A DNA stretch of 64,000 nt from an uncultured Chloroflexia bacterium (lineage in GTDB: Bacteria > Chloroflexota > Limnocylindria > Limnocylindrales > CSP1-4), in the NCBI GenBank assembly GCA_963712745.1, contig CAVQJC010000017.1:128001-192000 (forward strand), written 5' to 3'. The position numbers and the translations under genes were made by a program. Within the stretch, counting starts at the first letter, position 1, and the number at the start of each line of letters is the position of its first letter. This document shows, one piece after another, positions 46,866-57,092 of the stretch. The notes under the pieces were generated by a model. It made no database searches. It saw nothing but the letters and a program-made list of their open reading frames with translations, and was not told the origin of the DNA.

Positions 46866-47840
46866 CTACTCCTCGGCGGGTCGGAACTCGAACGTCTCGG
46901 CGATGGACTGCCAACGATCCTGAGGGGCTGCAACCCCGAAGCAAGTAAGGGAGTAGTAGGACGTCCCGTCGGTCACGAGGTAGGCGCTCCTCTCGAGGTT
47001 CGCGCCCTCATCCACGTCATCGATGCGGACAGCCGAACCGCTGGGCAACTCGATGGCGGTCGTGGCTAGCGTCGCAGGCGCCGACCGGAACATGGCGATG
47101 AACGCCTCCACGAAGCCCTCGAGGTCGCTCCACGCCACGTCGGCGTGGCGTCCGTGGGGCCAGTACCAAGCACGGCAGGTGTCCTCGCCCGGCATGAACG
47201 CCAGCATCACCATCTGGCCCGTGGTGGTCGGCCTGTCTTCCCGCGTGAATACGACTGACCAGTCCTCGGGGAGGGTGAGCGCGAAGCCCGCTTCGGGCAC
47301 CCAGCCTCGCAAGCGACGTTCCAGGTTCGTCGGCTGGTCCTGCCGAAGCGGGTCGATAGCGATCGAGTTCGCGATAGACAGCCAGCGATCGGTCGGCGGG
47401 TCGGTGCTGGTGCAGGTCAGCACGCGATAGGACGAGCCGACCTCCCAGTAGTAGCTCGTCACCAGGTACACACCATCGGGCCCATAGTCCTGCCACGCCT
47501 CGGTGCGAAGGGCCGCTCCCTGCGGGGTCGCGACTGTCACGGCGGAGGCGGCGGCAGGACCGCCTCCTTGCTCGACCAACGCGGCCAGGCAAAGGGTCTC
47601 ATCGGTGTCGTACAGCGTGAGCAATGGCGTCACATCGCCTCGCGTGGTCAACTCGTACGGATCGCCGGGCGTGGCCTCCCAGAGGTGCGGCGGGACGACC
47701 CAGAGCCCGGAGCCCAGGCTCTCGACACGACCTGCGGACCAGAACGTCGCTTCGGTCGTTGGTGTCGGCGACTGCGCGGCCACACCATTCGCAACCATCG
47801 CGAGGGTCAGCCCGGCCAGCATTCCAGATCGTCTGCGCAT
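46866..47840 (-). CDS. family-II secreted protein, tandem domain
   Basis: Signal peptide; LTC..DRWLSIANS then GFALTLPEDW..LPSGSAVR..LTC..DRWQSIAETFEFRPAEE. Confidence 0.8.
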   Translation of the reverse strand: MRRRSGMLAGLTLAMVANGVAAQSPTPTTEATFWSAGRVESLGSGLWVVPPHLWEATPGDPYELTTRGDVTPLLTLYDTDETLCLAALVEQGGGPAAASAVTVATPQGAALRTEAWQDYGPDGVYLVTSYYWEVGSSYRVLTCTSTDPPTDRWLSIANSIAIDPLRQDQPTNLERRLRGWVPEAGFALTLPEDWSVVFTREDRPTTTGQMVMLAFMPGEDTCRAWYWPHGRHADVAWSDLEGFVEAFIAMFRSAPATLATTAIELPSGSAVRIDDVDEGANLERSAYLVTDGTSYYSLTCFGVAAPQDRWQSIAETFEFRPAEE

Positions 47841-47849
47841 CACTTGCCC

Positions 47850-47898
47850 CATCCTCGCCTGCCGGCTCAGTCGGTCAAGGGCCGGACAGCCCGGCGGC
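47850..47898 (-). promoter_or_regulatory. conserved minus-strand promoter module
   Basis: CATCCTCGCCTGCCGGCTCAGTCGGTCAAGGGCCGGACAGCCCGGCGGC. Confidence 0.55.
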
Positions 47899-47905
47899 AT
47901 GCATC

Positions 47906-47945
47906 GCCATGGTGCCGACGACCAGACGGCGTACGCCTGGCGAGT
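47906..47945 (+). repeat. array core element copy 15 (short terminal variant)
   Basis: GCCATGGTGCCGACGACCAGACGGCGTACGCCTGGCGA. Confidence 0.75.
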
Positions 47946-48020
47946 GGAGGAGCTCGAGACGCGAAGACGCGGCACCCCTCCACGGAATGCCGCGCCGTCG
48001 TCCGCGAGTGACTGCCGGAA

Positions 48021-48998
48021 TCAGCCCATGGTCAGGGCCATCACCGCCTTCTGCGCGTGGAGCCGGTTCTCTGCCTCGTCGAAGGCCGCCGACTTGGGCC
48101 CGTCGATGACCGCGTCGGTCACCTCCACGCCACGGTCCGCCGGCAGCGGATGCATCCAGATGGCGTCGTCCGCGGTCATGGCCATGCGACGCTCGTCTGA
48201 GATCCAGTCGGTGTACTTGGACGCGATCTTGGCGCCCTCCTCGTCGGAGACTCCCAGCATGTGAGCACCCCACGACTTGGCGTACACGATGTCGGCGCCG
48301 TCGAAGCCGGCGTCGAAGTCGTCCAGCTTCTCGAACGCCCCGCCGGCCCGGGCCGCGTTGGCCTCGGCCTCAGCCATGATGTCCGGCATCAGCTCGAACT
48401 CGGGCGGATGCACGAGCTTGACGTCCATGCCGAAGCGGGTCGCGGCCAGCAACAGCGACTGCGGCACCGAGATGGGCTTCTGGTAGCTCGAGGCGTAGGC
48501 CCAACTGATGGTGATCGACTGGCCCTTGAGGCGGCCCTTCTTCTCGATGATGGTCATCAGGTCCGCGAGGATCTGGAAGGGGTGGTAGATCTCGCACTGC
48601 ATGTTGAGCACAGGCACGCGGGATGCCTCCGCCACGTCGCGGATGTACTGGTTGCCCTCACCGAAGGTGACGTGCCGGATGGCGATGCCGTCGTTGTAGC
48701 GGCCCAGGATCTCGCCGATCTCCGTGGCCGTGTCGCCGTGCGCGATCTGCGTGGTGCGGCTCTCCATGAACATGCCGTGCCCGCCGAGCTGGGCCATGCC
48801 CGCCTCGAACGAGGCACGCGTGCGTGTGCTGGAGAAGAAGAAGAGCATGGCCAGCGTCTTGTCCAGCAGGTAGGCGTGGCGCTCGCCCAGGGCACGCTTG
48901 CGCTTGAGCTCGAAGGCCACGTCCAGCGCGGTCTCGATCTCCTCGTTGGTCCAGTCCGACAGCGCGATGAGGTCGCGGCCACGGAGTCCGGTCTGCAT
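48021..48998 (-). CDS. carbamoyltransferase, YgeW/knotted-OTC-like
   Basis: SSTRTR, HPFQ, SWAYASSYQKPISVPQS (YgeW-type loop), HPLPAD, EAENRLH. Confidence 0.8.
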   Translation of the reverse strand: MQTGLRGRDLIALSDWTNEEIETALDVAFELKRKRALGERHAYLLDKTLAMLFFFSSTRTRASFEAGMAQLGGHGMFMESRTTQIAHGDTATEIGEILGRYNDGIAIRHVTFGEGNQYIRDVAEASRVPVLNMQCEIYHPFQILADLMTIIEKKGRLKGQSITISWAYASSYQKPISVPQSLLLAATRFGMDVKLVHPPEFELMPDIMAEAEANAARAGGAFEKLDDFDAGFDGADIVYAKSWGAHMLGVSDEEGAKIASKYTDWISDERRMAMTADDAIWMHPLPADRGVEVTDAVIDGPKSAAFDEAENRLHAQKAVMALTMG

Positions 48999-49008
48999 GA
49001 TGCGCCCC

Positions 49009-49965
49009 TTACTCGGCCTTGCCCAGGATGAGGGTCAGCAGCGCCATGCGCATGACCACGCCGTTGAAGGCCTCGACCCAGTAGCGGCCGAAACGCGTCT
49101 CGTCGACGTCGGGAGTCAGCTCGTCCATGCGCGGCAGGCTGTGCAGCACGAAGGCATCACGCTTGGCCTTCTCATGGAGCAGCTGCAAGTTGACGCGGTA
49201 CTCGACCGGCGTCAGGCCCTTCTCGACATCCTTCTCGTCCACGCGGCCCTTGGTGTAGTCGGCCTGCACCACCGGCTCCATGTAGATGACGTCGGCCTCG
49301 CCGATGACGTCGCGGATGTCGCCGACCTCACGGTAGTAGGTGGAGCGCTCGTCGAGCTCGGCCTTGAACTCGGGCAGCAGGCTCATCTCCTCTGGGCCGA
49401 TGATGATGGCTTCCATGTCGAATCGGGACATGGCGTAGAGGATCGAGTGCATGGTGCGCATGCGCATGTCGCCAACCAGGATGAGCTTGAGCCCGTCGAG
49501 CGTGCCCTTCTCCTTCCAGATGGTGTAGAGGTCGGTCAGCACCTGGGTGGGATGCTCGCCCCAGCCGTCGCCGCAGTTGATGACGGGCACTGACGACCAC
49601 TTGGCAGCCTCGTGCGGCGCACCCTGCATGTAGTGCCGGATGGCGATGACGTCGCCGTAGTACTCCAGCATGTGGAAGGTGTCCTTGATCGACTCCATGT
49701 AGAAGTCGCCGGCGCGGGTCATCTTGGCGTCACTGAAGCCGAGTACGTGGCCACCGAGCCGGTGCATGGCGGCCTCGGTCGAGAGGCGCGTGCGCGTGGA
49801 CGGCTGGTAGAAGGCGGTCAGCAGTGTCTTGTCGGAGAGCAGGTCGGTATTGCGGCGATCGCGCGCGATGGGAGCGAGGTCGTCACAGACCTGGAAGATG
49901 CGCAGATACTCGTCGCGGGTCATGTCCTTGAGCGACAGGATGTCGCGGCCCTTGAAGCTTCTCAT
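49009..49965 (-). CDS. aspartate carbamoyltransferase-like enzyme
   Basis: FYQPSTRTRLS, PVINCGDGWGEHPTQ, LHSLPR, NGVVMRMALL. Confidence 0.82.
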   Translation of the reverse strand: MRSFKGRDILSLKDMTRDEYLRIFQVCDDLAPIARDRRNTDLLSDKTLLTAFYQPSTRTRLSTEAAMHRLGGHVLGFSDAKMTRAGDFYMESIKDTFHMLEYYGDVIAIRHYMQGAPHEAAKWSSVPVINCGDGWGEHPTQVLTDLYTIWKEKGTLDGLKLILVGDMRMRTMHSILYAMSRFDMEAIIIGPEEMSLLPEFKAELDERSTYYREVGDIRDVIGEADVIYMEPVVQADYTKGRVDEKDVEKGLTPVEYRVNLQLLHEKAKRDAFVLHSLPRMDELTPDVDETRFGRYWVEAFNGVVMRMALLTLILGKAE

Positions 49966-49985
49966 CGGGGGTTCTCTTCCTCCTG

Positions 49986-51409
49986 CTAGTGGGGACTGGG
50001 GGCGTCAGCGTGCCGTCGGGCGCCGCTGAAGATCACTGCCACGGTCTCGTCAGGGCGGACGATCGCGTCGCGGGTGAGCTGGATGAGGCCGGCGAGGCCG
50101 GCGGTTCCGGTGTGGTCGGCGTCGATCCCGAGGTCGGGGCGAGCCAGGGCATTGGCAGCTTCGAGCGTAGCCTCGTCGACCACGACCGAGCGGCCGCCGG
50201 TCACGAGCATGGCCCGGACGACGGCCAGCCAATCGTACGTCTCATCGTCGAGGATGCCGTGGGCGACCGATACCGGCTCGGTCTCCCAGGCCCACATGAA
50301 GTCGGAGCGGTGCCGGGCGATGACCTCCAGGCCGTGCTCCGCGGCCTCGGCCGGGATGGGCACACCCTCGATGGCGCCGAGCTGGCCGAGCACGCGCTCG
50401 TAGGCACGCGCCAGCGGGTATCCACCCTCTGTCTGGACGGTGTCGATGACGGGCATGCGCTCGAGCTGGCCGAAGGCGACTGCCTCGTCGAGCGCCTGCG
50501 CTGTGGCGGAGGCGAAGGCCCCGCCCCCGACGTGGATGACCAGTCGGTCGAGCGCGGAGGCGTCGTCGGGCAGTTGGTCGATGAGCTCCCAGCCCAGGGT
50601 CTGACCGCCCTCGATGACGAGCCCGTTGAGATTGCCCTGCACGGTGAAGGGCACGGCTCCCGCACCGATGGCCTCCATCAGGCGATGCACGGTGGGGTCA
50701 CCCGGGTCCCCGGCCTGTCGCTGGCAGACCTCGATCTCGGCCTTGAGGGCGCGCAGACGATCGACCACGGCCGGCTCTGCCGATGTGGGTACGAACACCA
50801 GCAAGCGCCGCCGCGCGGCGCGGGCCACGACCGCCGCAGCCAGGGCGGCGTTGCCGCAGGAGGCGATGGCCAGCGGCGCGTCGGGATCGGCCTGCCCCAG
50901 TGCCTCGGCCACGTTGAGCGCAAGCATCACGCCCATGAGGTGGCGCGCCTTGTGCGATCCCGAGACATTGCCGGTCTCGTCCTTGACCCACACGCCAGCA
51001 CCGTGTGTGAAGCCGAGCTCCGTGTCCAGACTGGTCGAGCGCACGATGGGCGTGGCTCGGAAGCCGCGGCCGTCGACCTGCGCGATGGCCTCGTCGAGGC
51101 CGCACACGAGGTCGAGGTAGCGCCGGTCACTCCAGCCCGCGGCGCGGGCCACGTGGTAGCTGTGGAAGCGGCGCCGGTAGCGCACGAAGGGGTTGGCCGA
51201 TGGCTCCTCGTCGGGCTCCGCGGTCGCAGCGGCCACGGCGGCCGCATCGAGCACCCGTCGCAGGACGTGGTCGGTGTCATCGTCGGTCCCGGCCTTGGGG
51301 CAGACCCAGGCGACGGGTCGCTCGAGAGGCACCTGCGCCCCGCAGCCGGCACAGACGAGCCGGCTGGCGCCGAGCGTGGCTGCCTCCGCGGGCCGCGGAC
51401 CGGTCACCG

Positions 51410-51413
<4 letters not shown>
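49986..51413 (-). CDS. PLP-dependent fold-II enzyme (threonine synthase-like)
   Basis: CAGCG..CP, VKDETGNVSGSHKAR, ASCGNAA, HVGGG. Confidence 0.8.
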
Positions 51414-52897
<1,484 letters not shown>

Positions 52898-53085
52898 CGT
52901 CGCCTCCGTTGTCTTCGTCTTCAGCCGTCGCCATAGAAGGCAGCTCGCCTCGTCTGTGCGACGGATGGCCGACCGTGGCCGTGCCTGCGGGATGGGCGGC
53001 ATCAGCTTGTCGGTTGCGCCTAGCCTAACGGTGTCTGTTGAAGGTAGGGTGGTGCTAGGGCCACATGGCCCCGCGTCACGCACGA

Positions 53086-55707
53086 ATGGCAGGACACGTG
53101 GACATCACCCTCAACGGCCGGCCCCGCTCGGTCGATCCCGCTCCCGGAACATCCCTCCTCCAGCTGCTTCGCGGCGACCTCGGGCTGCGCTCGATGAAGG
53201 ATGGCTGCGCGCCCGAAGGCTCCTGCGGCGCCTGCACCGTCATCGTCGACGGCCGTCCGGTCGTTTCCTGCGCCCAGCCGGCCGAGCGCTTCGAGGGCAA
53301 GGACATCGAGACGCTGGAGGGCCTGCCCGACGATTCCCGCGAGCTGTGGGCCGACGCCTTCAGTGCCACCGGTGCCTCCCAGTGCGGCTACTGCACGCCG
53401 GGCATCGTGATGAAGGCGGAAGCGCTGCTGCGGCGCGAGCCGGATCCGGGTCGGGAGGTCATCACCAAGGCGCTGGCGGGCAACCTCTGTCGTTGCACCG
53501 GCTATCTCTCCATCATCGATGCCATCGGGCAGGTGGCGGATGCTCGCAACGGCGGGCCCCGGCCGGTACCGCACCCCGGAGCTGCGATAGGCGACCCCGC
53601 GCCCAAGTACCGCTCGCGCGAGCAGGTGCTGGGCATGCAGGAGTACGTGGCCGACCATGTCGTGCCGGGCATGCTCCACGGCGCCCTGCGCTTCTCCGAC
53701 CATCCGCGGGCGGTGGTCAGGGCCATCGATACCTCCGCTGCCGAGGCCGCGCCCGGCGTGGTCGCCGTCATCACCGCCGCGGACGTTCCCGGCAAGCGCA
53801 ACCAGGGCCTCATCAAGGACGACTGGCGGCAGCTGGTCGCGGTCGGTGAGACCACGCGCTACGTGGGTGACGTGCTGGCTGCGGTCGCGGCCGAGACCCG
53901 GGCCCAGGCTCGCGCGGCGGCGGAGCTCATCGAGGTCGAGTACGAGGTGCTCACTCCTGTCACCGACCCCTTCGAGGCCATGGTCGAAGGAGCGCCTCAG
54001 GTCGCGCCCGGCGGCAACGTGCTCTCGAACTCGGCCTACACGCGTGGCGACGTGGAGGCTGCCTTCGCGGACTCGGCTCACGTCGTCTCCGAGTCGTTCA
54101 GGACCGCCGGCATCGAGCACGCCTATCTCGAGCCCGAGTCGAGCCTGGCCGTGCCGCAGACCGGCGAGGGGGCGCGCATGCTCGTGCTCTCGCAGGGCCA
54201 GGGCGCCTGGGAGGACCGACGCCAGATCGCCTCCCTGCTGGGCTGGGAACCGACCGACGTGCTGGTCACGCAAGTCGCCACCGGCGGCGCCTTCGGCGGC
54301 AAGGAGGACCTCAACGTGCAGGGCCACGCCGCGCTGCTCGCTCTCAAGACCGATCGGCCGGTGCTGCTGGCGCTGTCGCGCGCCGACTCCCTGCGTTTCT
54401 CCATCAAGCGCCACCGCTTCTGGATGGAGTACACGGTGGCCTGCGACGCCGAGGGCATCCTCACCGGCGTCAGGGCCCGCTTCATCGGCGACAACGGCGG
54501 TTACGCCAGCGTCGGGGCCAAGGTCCTCGAGCGCGCGGCCGGACATGCCTGCAGCGCCTACAAGGTGCCCAACGTCGACGTCCAGGCCAACGCCATCCTG
54601 ACCAACAACCCGCCCTGCGGTGCCATGCGCGGCTTTGGTGCCAACCAGGCCAACTTCGGCATGGAGACGCTGCTCGACCGGCTCGCGGAGCAGGTCGGCA
54701 TCGACGGCTGGGAGATCCGCTGGCGCAACGCGCTCGCGGAGGGCGACCGCTTCGGCACCGGCCAGAAGCTAGGCCCGGGTGTCGGGCTCAAGGACACGCT
54801 GCTGGCGGTCAAGGACCAGTACCGGAACGCCAGGTACGCGGGCATCGCCTGCGGCGCCAAGAACACCGGCATCGGCAACGGCATGAAGGAGTTCGGCCGG
54901 GCCGTGGTGCGGCCCGAGGGTGACGGCAGGCTCACCGTCTTCCACAGCTGGACCGAGATGGGCCAGGGCACCCATACGGTCATGCGCCAGATCGCCAGCG
55001 ACGAGCTGGACCTGGCGCCAGAGGTCATCAGCGTCGTGGTCGACACCAGCCACGAGCTCGACACCGGCATCACCACTGCCTCTCGCGCCACGATGCTCGG
55101 CGGGCGGGCCGTGCTGCAGGCCTGTCAGGACCTGCGCCGCGAGATGGTCAAGCGACGCTGCCGGCTCGACGACCTGGCCGGCGAGGAGTTCCCGGCCGAG
55201 ATCCTGGTCGACTGGACCACGCCGCTCGGCGCCGACGTGGAGGAGCCCATCACTCACTTCGGCTACGGCTGGGCGACCCAGGTCTGCATCCTCGACGACG
55301 AGGGCCGCATCGAGAAGTTCATCGCCGCCCATGACGTGGGCAAGGCTCTCGATCCACTGATGCTCGAAGGCCAGGTCGTAGGCGGCGTGCACATGGGCCT
55401 GGGCCACACGCTCAGCGAGACCTTCGAGACCGAGGGCGGCTTCCCGGTCACCGACACCATCAAGTCGCTCAACATCATCCCCGCTTCGGGCATGCCGCCG
55501 GTCGAGACCATCCTCATCGAGGAGCACCAGCCCGAGGGTCCGTACGGTGCCAAGGGCATGGGTGAGGCGGTGCTGGTGCCCACGGCTGCGGCGGTAGCCG
55601 GCGCGCTCTATGCCTTCGACGGCGTGCGGCGGACCGATCTGCCGATGCGCGACTCGCCGGCCGCACTGGCGGCCGTGCCCAAGCTGCGCCGGCGCAAGGG
55701 AGGTTGA
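53086..55707 (+). CDS. xdh: selenium-dependent xanthine dehydrogenase-type molybdenum hydroxylase (fused 2Fe-2S + Moco)
   Basis: KDGCAPEGSCGAC, QCGYCTPG, NLCRCTGY, GGAFGGKED, GAMRGFG, GAKGMGE. Confidence 0.88.
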   Translation: MAGHVDITLNGRPRSVDPAPGTSLLQLLRGDLGLRSMKDGCAPEGSCGACTVIVDGRPVVSCAQPAERFEGKDIETLEGLPDDSRELWADAFSATGASQCGYCTPGIVMKAEALLRREPDPGREVITKALAGNLCRCTGYLSIIDAIGQVADARNGGPRPVPHPGAAIGDPAPKYRSREQVLGMQEYVADHVVPGMLHGALRFSDHPRAVVRAIDTSAAEAAPGVVAVITAADVPGKRNQGLIKDDWRQLVAVGETTRYVGDVLAAVAAETRAQARAAAELIEVEYEVLTPVTDPFEAMVEGAPQVAPGGNVLSNSAYTRGDVEAAFADSAHVVSESFRTAGIEHAYLEPESSLAVPQTGEGARMLVLSQGQGAWEDRRQIASLLGWEPTDVLVTQVATGGAFGGKEDLNVQGHAALLALKTDRPVLLALSRADSLRFSIKRHRFWMEYTVACDAEGILTGVRARFIGDNGGYASVGAKVLERAAGHACSAYKVPNVDVQANAILTNNPPCGAMRGFGANQANFGMETLLDRLAEQVGIDGWEIRWRNALAEGDRFGTGQKLGPGVGLKDTLLAVKDQYRNARYAGIACGAKNTGIGNGMKEFGRAVVRPEGDGRLTVFHSWTEMGQGTHTVMRQIASDELDLAPEVISVVVDTSHELDTGITTASRATMLGGRAVLQACQDLRREMVKRRCRLDDLAGEEFPAEILVDWTTPLGADVEEPITHFGYGWATQVCILDDEGRIEKFIAAHDVGKALDPLMLEGQVVGGVHMGLGHTLSETFETEGGFPVTDTIKSLNIIPASGMPPVETILIEEHQPEGPYGAKGMGEAVLVPTAAAVAGALYAFDGVRRTDLPMRDSPAALAAVPKLRRRKGG

Positions 55708-55709
55708 CC

Positions 55710-57062
55710 ATGAGCCTGCTCATCGCGAACGGAACCGTCGTCACCTCGCTCGACCCCATCGCGGTCGAGCAGGCGGACGTGCTCATCGGCGGTGGCCATA
55801 TCGTCGGGCTGGGGAGCCCCGAACAGGAGGAGCCGGCCGAACGCGTGGTGCAGGAGTGCATCGACGCCTCGGGCTGCCTGGTCATCCCCGGCAACGTCAA
55901 CGCTCACATGCACCTCTACTCGGCGCTGGCCCGGGGCATGCCCTATCACCTGGAGCCGCCGACCAACTTCCTGCAGATCCTGCAGCGCGTGTGGTGGCGC
56001 CTGGACCGTGCCCTCGATGACGAGTCGGTGCGGGCCTCGGTGCTGCTGGGCGGGATGGAGGCGCTGCTGGCAGGGACGACCACGCTCGTCGACCACCACG
56101 CCTCGCCCAACGCCATCGAGGGCACGCTCGACGTGGTGGCCGAGGCACTCTCGTCGCTCGGGCTGCGCTCGGTCTGCTGCTACGAGGTCTCTGACCGAGA
56201 TGGTCCCGAGCGGGCCCGGGCCGGCCTCGACGAGAGTCGCCGTTTCGCGGCCCGCTGTGCGACCGGCGAACTGCCGCTGGCGCGGGCCATGGTCGGCGCG
56301 CACGCGTCGTTCACGTTGTCCGACGGAACGCTGGACGAGTGTGTCGACATCGCGCAGGACGCGGGAGTGGGCATCCATATCCATGCCGCCGAGGACGCTG
56401 CCGACGAGGTCGATGCCGAGCGGCGCTACGGGAAGCGGGTGGCCGCGCGCCTGGCCGACGCGGGTGCTCTCGACGAGCGCACCCTGCTGGCCCACGGCGT
56501 CCATCTCGACGACGACGAGGTACGGCTGGTGCGGGCCGCGGGCTCGACGCTGGCGCACAACGCCCGCTCGAACATGAACAACAACGTGGGGCGCACGCCG
56601 CTGGCAGGTCTCGGCGAGCGCGTCGCACTGGGCACCGACGGCATCGGCTCGGATATGTTCACCGAGTCCCAGGCTGCCTTCTTCCGGCTGATGGAGGATG
56701 GCGGCGCCGGCTACGACTGGCCGCTGGCGCGGCTGTCGGTGAGCGCCTCGGTGGCGGGATCCGCCTTCGGCGAGCCGGCCCTCGGGCGCATCGAGCCGGG
56801 GGCTCCGGCCGACATCACCATCCTCGACTACGACGCGCCCACGCCCATGGACGCGGGCACGCTGGCCGGCCACTGGCTCTTCGGCCTGGGCTCGCGGCAC
56901 GTGCGCGACGTGGTCGTGGCCGGCCGCGCGGTCGTGCGCGACCGTCGCCTGACACTCGTCGACCAGGACGAGATCGTGGCCAGCGCCCGCAGCGAGGCAG
57001 CCAGGCTGTGGGGCATCCTCGATACCATCGATGCTCACCCGTACGACCCCGCGGAGGCGTGA
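55710..57062 (+). CDS. ssnA: SsnA-type amidohydrolase
   Basis: HMHLYSALARG, WWRLDRALD, DHHASP, GAHASFT, HIHAAE, SNMNN. Confidence 0.88.
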   Translation: MSLLIANGTVVTSLDPIAVEQADVLIGGGHIVGLGSPEQEEPAERVVQECIDASGCLVIPGNVNAHMHLYSALARGMPYHLEPPTNFLQILQRVWWRLDRALDDESVRASVLLGGMEALLAGTTTLVDHHASPNAIEGTLDVVAEALSSLGLRSVCCYEVSDRDGPERARAGLDESRRFAARCATGELPLARAMVGAHASFTLSDGTLDECVDIAQDAGVGIHIHAAEDAADEVDAERRYGKRVAARLADAGALDERTLLAHGVHLDDDEVRLVRAAGSTLAHNARSNMNNNVGRTPLAGLGERVALGTDGIGSDMFTESQAAFFRLMEDGGAGYDWPLARLSVSASVAGSAFGEPALGRIEPGAPADITILDYDAPTPMDAGTLAGHWLFGLGSRHVRDVVVAGRAVVRDRRLTLVDQDEIVASARSEAARLWGILDTIDAHPYDPAEA

Positions 57063-57092
57063 GGCGGGCCGCGGACCAGGGGGAGACAGGGC

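Larger units (their letters stand above)
29968..47945 (+). other. cassette-like array: 15 co-oriented ~45-bp sites separating 1-3-gene units
   Basis: Core element at 29968, 30694, 31816, 32556, 35756, 36965, 38546, 39847, 40429, 41199, 42465, 43219, 44641, 46763, 47906; not noticed elsewhere in the window. Confidence 0.8.

Noticed and set aside
38610-47840. Diversity-generating retroelement
   Set aside because: No reverse transcriptase; repeat differences are not adenine-specific, and the C-termini are the conserved rather than the variable part.
29968-47945. CRISPR array interpretation of the 45-bp repeats
   Set aside because: Intervals are 0.6-3.2 kb and contain whole genes; no cas genes in the window.
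29968-47945. Canonical integron attC sites
   Set aside because: No RYYYAAC...GTTRRRY box pair seen, genes lie in both orientations with their own promoters, and no intI is present. A formal IntegronFinder run is still needed.
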